In this document: positions 53,705 to 61,628 of the stretch, piece by piece
Position numbering within the stretch: the first letter of the stretch is position 1
Layout of the letters: each line of letters begins with the position of its first letter
Notes under the pieces: model-generated
What the model was told of the DNA's origin: nothing
Database searches by the model: none
Seen by the model: only the letters and a program-made list of their open reading frames with translations
Assembly (NCBI GenBank): GCA_944323655.1
Contig: CALUTL010000006.1
Location: forward strand, 19,950-83,949
Reading direction: 5' to 3'
DNA: 64,000 bases
Source: Candidatus Gastranaerophilales bacterium
GTDB lineage: Bacteria; Cyanobacteriota; Vampirovibrionia; Gastranaerophilales; Gastranaerophilaceae
Position numbers and translations under genes: made by a program

Positions 53705-55042
53705 TTATTTTCTAATATATATTTTACCCCATTTTCGGTTATTTTCTGAAAAGATAACTTGAGCATGTAATAGCTTGTCAATTTCTTTTCTAATATTATA
53801 ATATTCTTCAGGGCTATACACTCCATAAAATTTTGAATCAGTTACTTTTTTACCATACCTTGCAATTCGAGATACACCTAATTCACCAGATAATATTTTA
53901 GCTATTACAGATTTATTAAATTCTCCATTAAAACTACGTATACATTCAATGATTATTTTTTCCATATTACCAGCTTTTTCTAAACTATATCCTTTATTTA
54001 TTTTTTCTGGGTATATTGTAGCTTCTTTATCTTTTACATAATTTATTAATTCATTTATGTTTTTAATTTTCTTTATATCATCTAAGTTATAACGAGATAA
54101 AATTCTTTTATTATAAATACATTTTAAATAATGTTCATTAAAATCTTTACATCCGCAATTTTTAAACATTTTTGTAGATAAGTTTATTATTTTAGGATAT
54201 TTATTACATATTTTTGTTGCTATTGGGATGGAAGTTTCATCATTATCTATTAGTAAATAGCACTTTTCATATTTATCAAAATTTATAACAGATAGTTGAT
54301 TTAAAAGCCCACTAACACCATTACTACATGTAACAATGTGATATTCATTTATTTTATTTTGCTCAGTTAAGTGTTGGTAAAGAACATAACCGTCAAAGTA
54401 ACCTTCTACAATAATCAAATTTTTTTGATCATTGAAAGCATTAATTTGAGCAAGACCAGTTGGCGTTCCTTTCTCTCTAGATATACCATCTTTGCTAAAA
54501 TCAAGAGGACGATATTCAAAACCAATTAAATATGCTGTATATTCAGTTGAATATTTTATTGTAGGTATTACCCACCGCCTTTTTTGTGTGTCATAACCTA
54601 GAACAACATTCATAGCAGTTTCTTTGGTTATTCCTCTTTTTTCTAATAATACAGTTAAAGCTTCTAGGTTTCCCATTAAACTTATCATATTTATTGCGGC
54701 ATAATTAACAAATTCTAATTGTTTTTCATCTTCATATATAATTGAAGCTTTTTCTTCTTTTTCTTTTGATATTTTTTTTATATTCTGATATTTGTTTTCT
54801 AAAAATTCTTTCCAAGCATTCGGATTATTTTTTGATTCATTGCTTATAATATTCTTAATTAGTTGTCTAGAATGTTCCCCTTCGCTAGCAAAACAATACA
54901 CAATACCTTTTTGAGCATTATATGTCAAATTGTCTTTATGACTATCTAAACAGTACGGGCATTGCCATACATATTGGGATCCCTTTTTTCTTTCTGGTGG
55001 ACCTAAATATTTTATTAATAAATCTAACGTAATTTCAATCAT
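53705..55042 (-). CDS. DnaG-like primase/Toprim protein (zinc-finger plus Toprim), first gene of the transposition operon
   Basis: WQCPYCLDSHKDNLTYNAQKGIVYCFA (primase-type Zn finger), IIVEGYFDG (Toprim Glu), LLIDNDETS (DxD). Confidence 0.78.
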   Translation of the reverse strand: MIEITLDLLIKYLGPPERKKGSQYVWQCPYCLDSHKDNLTYNAQKGIVYCFASEGEHSRQLIKNIISNESKNNPNAWKEFLENKYQNIKKISKEKEEKASIIYEDEKQLEFVNYAAINMISLMGNLEALTVLLEKRGITKETAMNVVLGYDTQKRRWVIPTIKYSTEYTAYLIGFEYRPLDFSKDGISREKGTPTGLAQINAFNDQKNLIIVEGYFDGYVLYQHLTEQNKINEYHIVTCSNGVSGLLNQLSVINFDKYEKCYLLIDNDETSIPIATKICNKYPKIINLSTKMFKNCGCKDFNEHYLKCIYNKRILSRYNLDDIKKIKNINELINYVKDKEATIYPEKINKGYSLEKAGNMEKIIIECIRSFNGEFNKSVIAKILSGELGVSRIARYGKKVTDSKFYGVYSPEEYYNIRKEIDKLLHAQVIFSENNRKWGKIYIRK

Positions 55043-55079
55043 AATTACTTTAAGTCTTATAAATTTCTACTATTTTTAC

Positions 55080-55108
55080 AGTATATATAATTTTTGGAAT
55101 TATTTCAA
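55080..55108 (-). promoter_or_regulatory. putative sigma70 promoter of the primase-transposase operon (TTGAAA-17 nt-TATACT on the minus strand)
   Basis: The minus strand reads TTGAAA (55108-55103), a 17-nt spacer, and TATACT (55085-55080), ~40 nt upstream of the primase ATG at the inner edge of the right repeat unit. Confidence 0.45.
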
Positions 55109-55280
55109 TCTCGTTAATAATTTGTGGTATCTCAATTTACAAGCAAAAATAAAATTGCACTTTTTGCACTTTCTTGCACTTGACTTAACTTCAAACACCG
55201 AGGCGATTTTAGCCTAATGTGGTTTAAAAAATTTGTAAATGGAGTGCAAAAGAGTGCAAGAAATGAGTACTTGAGTGCAA
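55107..55280. repeat. right copy of island-bracketing repeat unit
   Basis: TTGCACT at 55155, 55164 and 55174 (9-10 bp phasing). AGTGCAA at 55243, 55253 and 55274. Same orientation as the left copy. Confidence 0.85.
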
Positions 55281-55367
55281 AAAATGTCCCATACATCTCA
55301 ATACTAAAAAACAGCCTCAATCGTGCTGTCTGTCTGATTTTTTATTAAATTTTCTTCGTCTCAATGT

Positions 55368-55397
55368 CCCAGAAACCTATTACCCAGAAACCTATTA
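55368..55397. repeat. perfect tandem duplication 2 x 15 bp (CCCAGAAACCTATTA)
   Basis: Read directly: 55368-55382 and 55383-55397 are identical. Confidence 0.9.
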
Positions 55398-55470
55398 TAC
55401 ACAAAACTCTAAAAATTACCCAAATTTTCACAATAAAAAAGACCCCTTAAACTAGGAGTCTTCTTTAATC

Positions 55471-55544
<74 letters not shown>

Positions 55545-55582
55545 ATAAACTACTTTTACTATTTTCAAAATTCAGAACATTT

Positions 55583-55660
55583 GACCCTTATCAGGCCTCT
55601 CGAAAAACAATACTCAATTGTTTTTCTCGGCAGAGTGCTCTAAACACCTGAGCTAGCAGC
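55583..55660 (-). pseudogene. tRNA-Ile 5'-half remnant interrupted by a hairpin
   Basis: 55634-55660 matches the tRNA 5' acceptor/D-arm region (55517-55544) with 2 mismatches. 55584-55595 repeats the anticodon-arm segment ACCCTTATCAGG. A 10-bp-stem hairpin (55602-55626) lies between them. There is no T arm or 3' acceptor. Confidence 0.6.
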
Positions 55661-56109
55661 TTTCTTTTATCCGGAACCTCTGCTCCCTTTGCAAACTATC
55701 CATAAACATTATCAATCTATCGAAATTTTGCATCGGTTTTCTGCATATTCTTATTGTCAATCCAAAACACCCTCTGTCTTTTGCTTTTCGGAAAGTGTTT
55801 TAGGCACTTGGCAAACATTTTTGCCCGCTCGCAAAATCTAATCTACTATAAACATTTTTTAAAATCAAGTCTTTTCTTTTGCTTATGTTTTTATTGCTAT
55901 TGTTGAATTTAATTTCTCAATTCTCAAATTGTATTATCCGGTTATACTTAAAAAAGTCATAAATCCCGTTGTATAAGCGTTAAAACACACTTTCATCGCC
56001 AATTATGGCAAAATATGTTAATAATTTGTTACAAATCCCGATATTATTTAATTTTTTTTACAACTATGCCGTTATCGTATTTGGATATTTACTCTGCAAG
56101 GATGTTCTG

Positions 56110-57018
56110 ATGATTGTACTTGATACAGATTTAACAACACTTTTAAGTAAATTAAACGTTTCTTACACCAAAATGGTTGAAATGTATTCTATGATGTCTG
56201 TCGAAGATATCGTAGAGGCTGAAGCTGCGCAAGGCAATCAGGCGGCTGTTGAATATGCGACGGAATTATTCAGCAATCCCGACAAGCTTGTTGAAATTTT
56301 TAATCTTGCAGATCCTAATAACAAGTTTTTAATCCTTAGCACAATGACTTCTGACAAACTTCAGAAATTTCTTCCGCTGATGGAGGAAGAAGATTTACAG
56401 CAAGGTTTGTATTTCTTTACCGAAGATAAACTTCTTGCAATGTTAAAGGAGCTTCCGCCGGAACAGCTTGTAAATACCGTTATGGAGATGTTCTCTGAAG
56501 AAGAAGTTATAAGACTTATGCCAAATAGCGAGCTTGATAACTTTTTAACCAGCACTGATGTAGATAAAGGTAATATTTTAAAACATCTTCAATCTATTCC
56601 GCCTGAATATCTTGCACAAATGATTGAAGGAGTTACTGGTCAGGAATGCCAAGATAAAAGTAATTTTGATATGGTTAAACAGATTGACAAATTTAATCCT
56701 CTAGAATTTAAGGATGCTTTGTATTCAATGCAATCTACTCAAAAGCAACAATTGACTCTTAATTTGGCAAATCAGCATCCTGAGCTTTACCAGCTTTTTA
56801 GTCCTGAAGCTTATACGAATATGATTCATGCCCAAAAGCAAAAACCTGAACTTGTCAAAGCTATGCATGTTATTGAACCGGAAGAAAAAATTAAAATGGT
56901 TGAAGAACTTCCGAACGACTTGCTTTCTATGGTTATTACGCAGATTGATGCAAGAGATTTTGCAGATAGCTTAATCAATAAATTCCCTGAAGTTCTGGCT
57001 GAAATTATTGCAGGATAA
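56110..57018 (+). CDS. hypothetical acidic helical protein
   Basis: ATG 56110 is preceded by AAGGA 7 nt upstream. The track start at 56005 adds a hydrophobic 35-aa extension with no SD. No family recognised. Confidence 0.6.
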   Translation: MIVLDTDLTTLLSKLNVSYTKMVEMYSMMSVEDIVEAEAAQGNQAAVEYATELFSNPDKLVEIFNLADPNNKFLILSTMTSDKLQKFLPLMEEEDLQQGLYFFTEDKLLAMLKELPPEQLVNTVMEMFSEEEVIRLMPNSELDNFLTSTDVDKGNILKHLQSIPPEYLAQMIEGVTGQECQDKSNFDMVKQIDKFNPLEFKDALYSMQSTQKQQLTLNLANQHPELYQLFSPEAYTNMIHAQKQKPELVKAMHVIEPEEKIKMVEELPNDLLSMVITQIDARDFADSLINKFPEVLAEIIAG

Positions 57019-57021
57019 GTT

Positions 57022-57522
57022 TTAAGCTTGTTTTATAGTGTCAAGAGCCATTCTGATTGCGGCTTTTGCAAATGCTGATTTCATTATTTTTCTTGGTAAG
57101 AACGGGTTGAAGGTGTATTTTTTAACTGTTGTTATCCCTTGAAATCCGGTTGAAATATAGATTAAGCCGACGGGTTTTTCTTTTGAACCGCCTGTTGGGC
57201 CTGCAATTCCGGTTGTGCATAGGGCAATGTCGCAGTTTGAAAGTTTTTGAAGCCCTTCGGCCATTGATTGTGCGCATTCAGGGCTTACTGCACCATAGTT
57301 TTCAAGGATTTCGCTGCTTACGTTAAGGTACTTATGTTTGGCTGAATTTGCGTATGTTACGTGGCTTTCAAGTAGGTAGTCGGAGCTTCCCGAAATATCG
57401 GTCAGCATTGAAGCAACAAGCCCTCCTGTGCAGCTTTCGGCGGTCGAAATCGTTAAGTGTTTCTCTTTTAAAAGTTTTGCAAGCTTTTTTAAATCACTGT
57501 TAAACATCAATTTTCCCTGCAT
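57022..57522 (-). CDS. CinA C-terminal domain protein (nicotinamide-nucleotide amidohydrolase PncC-like)
   Basis: LTISTAESCTGGLVASMLTDISGSS and ALCTTGIAGPTGG are CinA/PncC signatures. Confidence 0.85.
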   Translation of the reverse strand: MQGKLMFNSDLKKLAKLLKEKHLTISTAESCTGGLVASMLTDISGSSDYLLESHVTYANSAKHKYLNVSSEILENYGAVSPECAQSMAEGLQKLSNCDIALCTTGIAGPTGGSKEKPVGLIYISTGFQGITTVKKYTFNPFLPRKIMKSAFAKAAIRMALDTIKQA

Positions 57523-57530
57523 TTTTATTT

Positions 57531-58919
57531 TTAGAAAACATCGGTTTTAATCGGGTTTTTAAATTTAGTGATATTACCTTGGAACAGCAGTTTAACGGTT
57601 CCGACAGGGCCGTTTCTGTGTTTTGCGATAATAATTTCCGATTCGCCTTTGTTTGCGGCTTTAATTGATTCGTCTTCCTCGCCGTCGGCTTTTCTGTAAT
57701 ATTCGTCACGATAAATAAACATAACAATATCGGCATCCTGCTCGATTGCGCCTGATTCACGAAGGTCTGAAAGCATTGGACGCTTGTCTGTTCTTGATTC
57801 TACCGCACGGGATAGCTGTGAAAGCGCAATTACCGGTACATCAAGCTCTCTTGCAAGTGTTTTTAAGCCTCTTGAAATCGCTGAAATCTGCTGCATACGG
57901 TCTTCTTTGCCTGAGCTTTCCATAAGCTGAAGATAGTCTATTACGACAAGCCCGAGGTTTTTCTCTTCCATTTTTAACCGTCTGCACTTTGCGCGAACAT
58001 CCGTTAAGGTGCAGCCTGAAGTATCATCAATATAAATCGGAGCTTGAGCAAACGAGTTCATTGCATCTGCAAGCTTTTCCCAATCTTTGCTTTGCATGTG
58101 CCCTGTTTTAAGCCTTTGGGTATCAACTTCTGCTTCTGAGCACAACATACGCTGAACAAGCTGTTCCTTTGACATTTCAAGAGAAAATATTGCAACAGGG
58201 GTTTTGGCTTTTATTGCAACGTTTTGCGCAATATTCAAGGCAAATGCGGTTTTTCCCATTGAAGGACGTGCCGCAAGAATGATTAAATCCGATTTTTGAA
58301 GCCCGCTTGTCATTGTATCAAGTTCGTAAAAATTCGTCGGAACCCCGATTAATTCATCTTTGTGTTCATAGCGGTATTCTATCTTTTCATAAGTGTTTAA
58401 GACAAGGTCTTTGACGTGTACAAGGTCTGTTGTTGCCTTTTTAGAGGCTATATCAAAAATGAGCTTTTCTGCTTGATCGAGAGATCTGTCAATAGGATTC
58501 ATATCGTATCCAAAAGATACTATTTCGCTGCCGGCGTTAATCAAGGCTCTTTTAATTGCTTTTTCCTGAATAATTTTTGCGTAATATTCAATATTCGCCG
58601 TACTTATCGCATTAAGCGCCAAATCGTTTATAAATGCACGTCCGCCGACTGTTTCAAGTTTTGAATTATAATCAAGAACGTTTGAAACCGATACGATATC
58701 AATTCTTTCGTTAGAATTGAAAAGCTGAATCATTGCTTCATAAACGTATCTGTGTGCGGGTTTGTAGAAACTTTCCGGTTTTAACCCTTCTACTACCTTT
58801 GTTATGACCACAGGATTTACTAAAATTGCGCCGAGAACCGCTTCTTCAGCCTCTGTATTTTGTGGAATCATATGTAAATCGTTGTTATTTTGGTTATTTT
58901 TTTCTCTTGTTGCAGGCAT
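57531..58919 (-). CDS. dnaB: replicative DNA helicase DnaB
   Basis: PQNTEAEEAVLGAIL (DnaB N-domain), Walker A AARPSMGKTAFALN, LVVIDYLQLM, and SQLSRAVESR. Confidence 0.95.
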   Translation of the reverse strand: MPATREKNNQNNNDLHMIPQNTEAEEAVLGAILVNPVVITKVVEGLKPESFYKPAHRYVYEAMIQLFNSNERIDIVSVSNVLDYNSKLETVGGRAFINDLALNAISTANIEYYAKIIQEKAIKRALINAGSEIVSFGYDMNPIDRSLDQAEKLIFDIASKKATTDLVHVKDLVLNTYEKIEYRYEHKDELIGVPTNFYELDTMTSGLQKSDLIILAARPSMGKTAFALNIAQNVAIKAKTPVAIFSLEMSKEQLVQRMLCSEAEVDTQRLKTGHMQSKDWEKLADAMNSFAQAPIYIDDTSGCTLTDVRAKCRRLKMEEKNLGLVVIDYLQLMESSGKEDRMQQISAISRGLKTLARELDVPVIALSQLSRAVESRTDKRPMLSDLRESGAIEQDADIVMFIYRDEYYRKADGEEDESIKAANKGESEIIIAKHRNGPVGTVKLLFQGNITKFKNPIKTDVF

Positions 58920-59090
58920 GCTTTATCCCTTCTGTTTTCTTAATCATAGTACAGGCGAATTTGATTTTTAATAAAATGTTTTATTTTGTAATGTAAAATT
59001 TTTGTAATATTTAATTTGTTTTCCTAAAGTTTTTACTCCAAAAACCGATAAAAGGCATGTGAAGGTTAGATAGTAAAAGGAGTAATTCTT

Positions 59091-59228
59091 ATGTACAGAT
59101 ATACAATTTGGCCCGGTGTGTACAGCTTTAAAGACGAGATTGCATTGTTTCTTTTATATATAAAAGATCAATTCGGAGATTTGGTGAAAAAGATTAAGAG
59201 AGCAGAGAACGCTATTGAGGAACAATAG
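59091..59228 (+). CDS. candidate 45-aa protein (below the ORF-track cut-off)
   Basis: AAAGGAG lies 8 nt upstream of ATG 59091. Translation is MYRYTIWPGVYSFKDEIALFLLYIKDQFGDLVKKIKRAENAIEEQ. Followed by the intrinsic terminator at 59278-59312. Confidence 0.35.
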   Translation: MYRYTIWPGVYSFKDEIALFLLYIKDQFGDLVKKIKRAENAIEEQ

Positions 59229-59277
59229 CTGTTGATTTAGGATTTGTGTGAAGTGTCAAAAAAGACACAAGATTGTT

Positions 59278-59312
59278 GAAAGAGTGAAAAAATTAATTCA
59301 CTCTTTTTTTTT
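59278..59312. terminator. intrinsic terminator (bidirectional context)
   Basis: Stem AGAGTGAA (59281-59288) / TTCACTCT (59297-59304), followed by T8. Confidence 0.7.
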
Positions 59313-59317
59313 GACTT

Positions 59318-60265
59318 TTAGGATTTTGAAACAGTTAAAACAAGATTTTTGGCAAGTTCAAGAGCTTCGTTAAATACTTTTTCGTTTGTCAGAAAATCCT
59401 CACGGGAAACGTATTTTGAAACAATTTTTCTTGCGTAAGAGCCGATTGCAATTCCGTTGAAGTTAATTCCGCACATTTTAGCAAGTTCGGCAGTTTTAGA
59501 GTTTGTCCCGCCAGAAAGCATTATAAAAACAGGTAATTTGGCATTTTGGACAATTTCTGCGGTCGCAACGGCTTGCAGAGTTGTTTTATAGTCGTCCTGC
59601 CCGCCGCTCATCGGGAATCCGTCGGCCTGTATGATTGTGCGGTAGGGTTCAATTTCCGAAGTAATTTTTTTCAAAAATTCTACAAGCTCTGTATCGCTTA
59701 AATTCCCGCGGCTTGTGCAAATGCTTAACATCCCTTTGAAGTTGCTTTTTATATATTCCCAATTTTTAAAAATTTCATTATAATCCTTCCCGTCTGCGTG
59801 AAATTCTACACAATCAATTCCCATATCAAGCAGGGGCGGAAGAACTTCTGAAAGCTCTTTTGCTTCTGAAATATAGCTTATTGCACCTTTCGGGCATGCT
59901 TTTAAGCATCTTCCGCAGCCGATACAGCGATTTTTTTTGACTTTGTGGTATACAATCGCTTTTTGAGGGCAGATTTCGTCGCATTGTCCGCAGGAAATGC
60001 ATTTTTCATAATCTATTACGGCCTTATTTACGTGCGGATCCCCTTTAATTCCGACGCTTACGCAAAGGTATGCATCATTGACTTCCGCAAATTCAAGCCC
60101 TTTTTTTGCGGCATTTATAACTTCTTTTGAGGCATTAATGTCGAAAAAACGGCATCCTGCTTTTGCATAAAGTGCCGTAAGTTTTTCAACTTCCGCCAAG
60201 TCTTGATTTCCCGCTCCGCAGACAAGTTTAAAACATTTTCCAGATTCCAGCAAATCCTTTAGCAT
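59318..60265 (-). CDS. 4Fe-4S dicluster protein, LdpA-like
   Basis: CISCGQCDEICP and CIGCGRCLKACP motifs. The N-terminal FKLVCGAGNQDL...AGCRFFDINA recalls cyanobacterial LdpA-type proteins (from memory). Confidence 0.7.
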   Translation of the reverse strand: MLKDLLESGKCFKLVCGAGNQDLAEVEKLTALYAKAGCRFFDINASKEVINAAKKGLEFAEVNDAYLCVSVGIKGDPHVNKAVIDYEKCISCGQCDEICPQKAIVYHKVKKNRCIGCGRCLKACPKGAISYISEAKELSEVLPPLLDMGIDCVEFHADGKDYNEIFKNWEYIKSNFKGMLSICTSRGNLSDTELVEFLKKITSEIEPYRTIIQADGFPMSGGQDDYKTTLQAVATAEIVQNAKLPVFIMLSGGTNSKTAELAKMCGINFNGIAIGSYARKIVSKYVSREDFLTNEKVFNEALELAKNLVLTVSKS

Positions 60266-60268
60266 AAA

Positions 60269-61453
60269 CTACTTCACCATATAATTGTAAACCATTTCGG
60301 AGGCTTTTACAATATATTCTTTGCCGAGAATCGAATTATAAGGGCGGTTTACCATAATCGCTACTATGTATTTTTTGCCGTTCGGAGCATAAACAATTCC
60401 GGCATCTCCAAGCATTTTGCCGATATCGCCTGTTTTGTGGACAATGCTTGCACCTGCACCTAAGCCTGCCGGAAGTAGTCTGTCATTATGAACGTGTCCC
60501 ATATAGTCAAACATCTTTTCTCTTGAACTTACGCTCAAAAAATTCGGGTTATCAAGGTTGTAGAGCATTCTTGCAAGGTCTTCAGTTGTGGTGAAGTTTG
60601 TTCCGCCCATATCAGGAAGCCATGTCTTTACCTGTGTTTGACTCAAGCCCCACTGACGGATTCCTGAATTTACATCGTACATGGAGCCTAACTTTGCCAT
60701 TATCATATTCGTTGCGGAATTGTCCGATTCGGTTATCATTAGGCGCGCAAGATCGTCAATTGTCCAAACGGAATTTTCCGCCTTAAACTGCAAACTTCCA
60801 GAACCTTCCGCTCTGTAGTAATCTTTCAAAATCATTGTGTCATAAATTGTTAGCTGGCCTGCTTCAATCGAGCGGAAAAGCTGGATTAATACAGGAATTT
60901 TGATTATACTTGCAGCGGAATAAAGCTTGTCGGAATTTATCCCTGCGTAATTCCCTGTTTCGTAATCCCAGACAAATACAGAAGGTTCTATCGTAGGGTA
61001 TAGTGTGCCAAGATTTTCAAGCTGATTTTCAAGTCCCGTCATTCTTTCATTTAAGTTTAATTCAAGCATTTGCGGGTGTTTGGTTTCTGCGCCTGATAGA
61101 AAATATCTTCCTAAAAATAAATTGTTGTTAAGATATCCGATTGTCGGGTTTAAAAGTTTATAAGAATCTGCTTTTATCGCAGGGTACGGTGATTTGTGGA
61201 AGAATGACTTAATAATTCTGTTGTAGCAAGTTGGGTAAACAAAAGCCATAATAAGGCTTAAAATCGCAACGGATATAATGCTGTGGATAACGTTATAGCG
61301 TTGTTTTTTAGATGAATGGGCTTTTATATAACGAGGTTCTGCGGGTTTTACAACTTTATACGGGTGGTATTCTCTTTGCGGCATTTGCCTTGCATCAAGA
61401 CGGTTCCTCTCGTAATATCCACGATAATTTCGTTCTCCGGCTAACTTCGGCAT
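60269..61453 (-). CDS. membrane-anchored class A beta-lactamase-fold serine hydrolase
   Basis: SAASIIK (SxxK), ESDNSATN (SDN), HKTGD (KTG), and an N-terminal TM helix. Confidence 0.8.
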   Translation of the reverse strand: MPKLAGERNYRGYYERNRLDARQMPQREYHPYKVVKPAEPRYIKAHSSKKQRYNVIHSIISVAILSLIMAFVYPTCYNRIIKSFFHKSPYPAIKADSYKLLNPTIGYLNNNLFLGRYFLSGAETKHPQMLELNLNERMTGLENQLENLGTLYPTIEPSVFVWDYETGNYAGINSDKLYSAASIIKIPVLIQLFRSIEAGQLTIYDTMILKDYYRAEGSGSLQFKAENSVWTIDDLARLMITESDNSATNMIMAKLGSMYDVNSGIRQWGLSQTQVKTWLPDMGGTNFTTTEDLARMLYNLDNPNFLSVSSREKMFDYMGHVHNDRLLPAGLGAGASIVHKTGDIGKMLGDAGIVYAPNGKKYIVAIMVNRPYNSILGKEYIVKASEMVYNYMVK

Positions 61454-61628
61454 TTATTCCTCCCACTATCCTATGATTATAATATTCTAAACATAAATTT
61501 TTATATTGGCAACTCGGTTACATTTTCGTAAAAAGCCGCCAAAATTCCTGGGTTAATTAGTTTAATTCTTCTGTCTTTATAAAAAACTATTTTTAACAAA
61601 AAAGCACTAAAAAGGCGCTGAACAATAC

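Larger units (their letters stand above)
33773..55280. mobile_element. ~21.5 kb accessory/defence island next to tRNA-Ile, probably a Tn7/Mu-like transposon or integrative element (boundaries provisional)
   Basis: Bracketed by two same-orientation repeat units (33773-33995 and 55107-55280). Carries a DDE transposase, an AAA+ ATPase and a tyrosine recombinase, plus cargo of hipBA, type I R-M, OLD-like and Mrr genes. The right edge is ~190 bp from the 3' end of tRNA-Ile. Confidence 0.55.

Noticed and set aside
50146-55042. Mu-like transposable prophage
   Set aside because: Only transposase/ATPase-type early functions are present. There are no capsid, portal, tail, lysis or large terminase genes anywhere in the island.
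55155-55180. CRISPR array or CRISPR-associated transposon (the TnsB-TnsC-small-protein order resembles type V-K CAST cores)
   Set aside because: The repeats are 7-mers at 10-bp phasing with no spacers. No cas12k or other cas gene, tracrRNA-like region or real repeat-spacer array exists anywhere in the window.
33773-55280. Interpreting the two repeat units as simple terminal inverted repeats of one transposon
   Set aside because: The units are in the same orientation with the same block order, not inverted. Each unit is internally palindromic, so transposon-end, att-site and relic-of-tandem-insertion models all remain open. No unambiguous TG...CA termini with a target-site duplication could be defined.
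55583-55660. Second tRNA-Ile copy as an intron-containing functional tRNA
   Set aside because: No T arm, 3' acceptor strand or discriminator follows. The insert is a plain 10-bp hairpin, not a group I intron, and it sits in the anticodon stem region.
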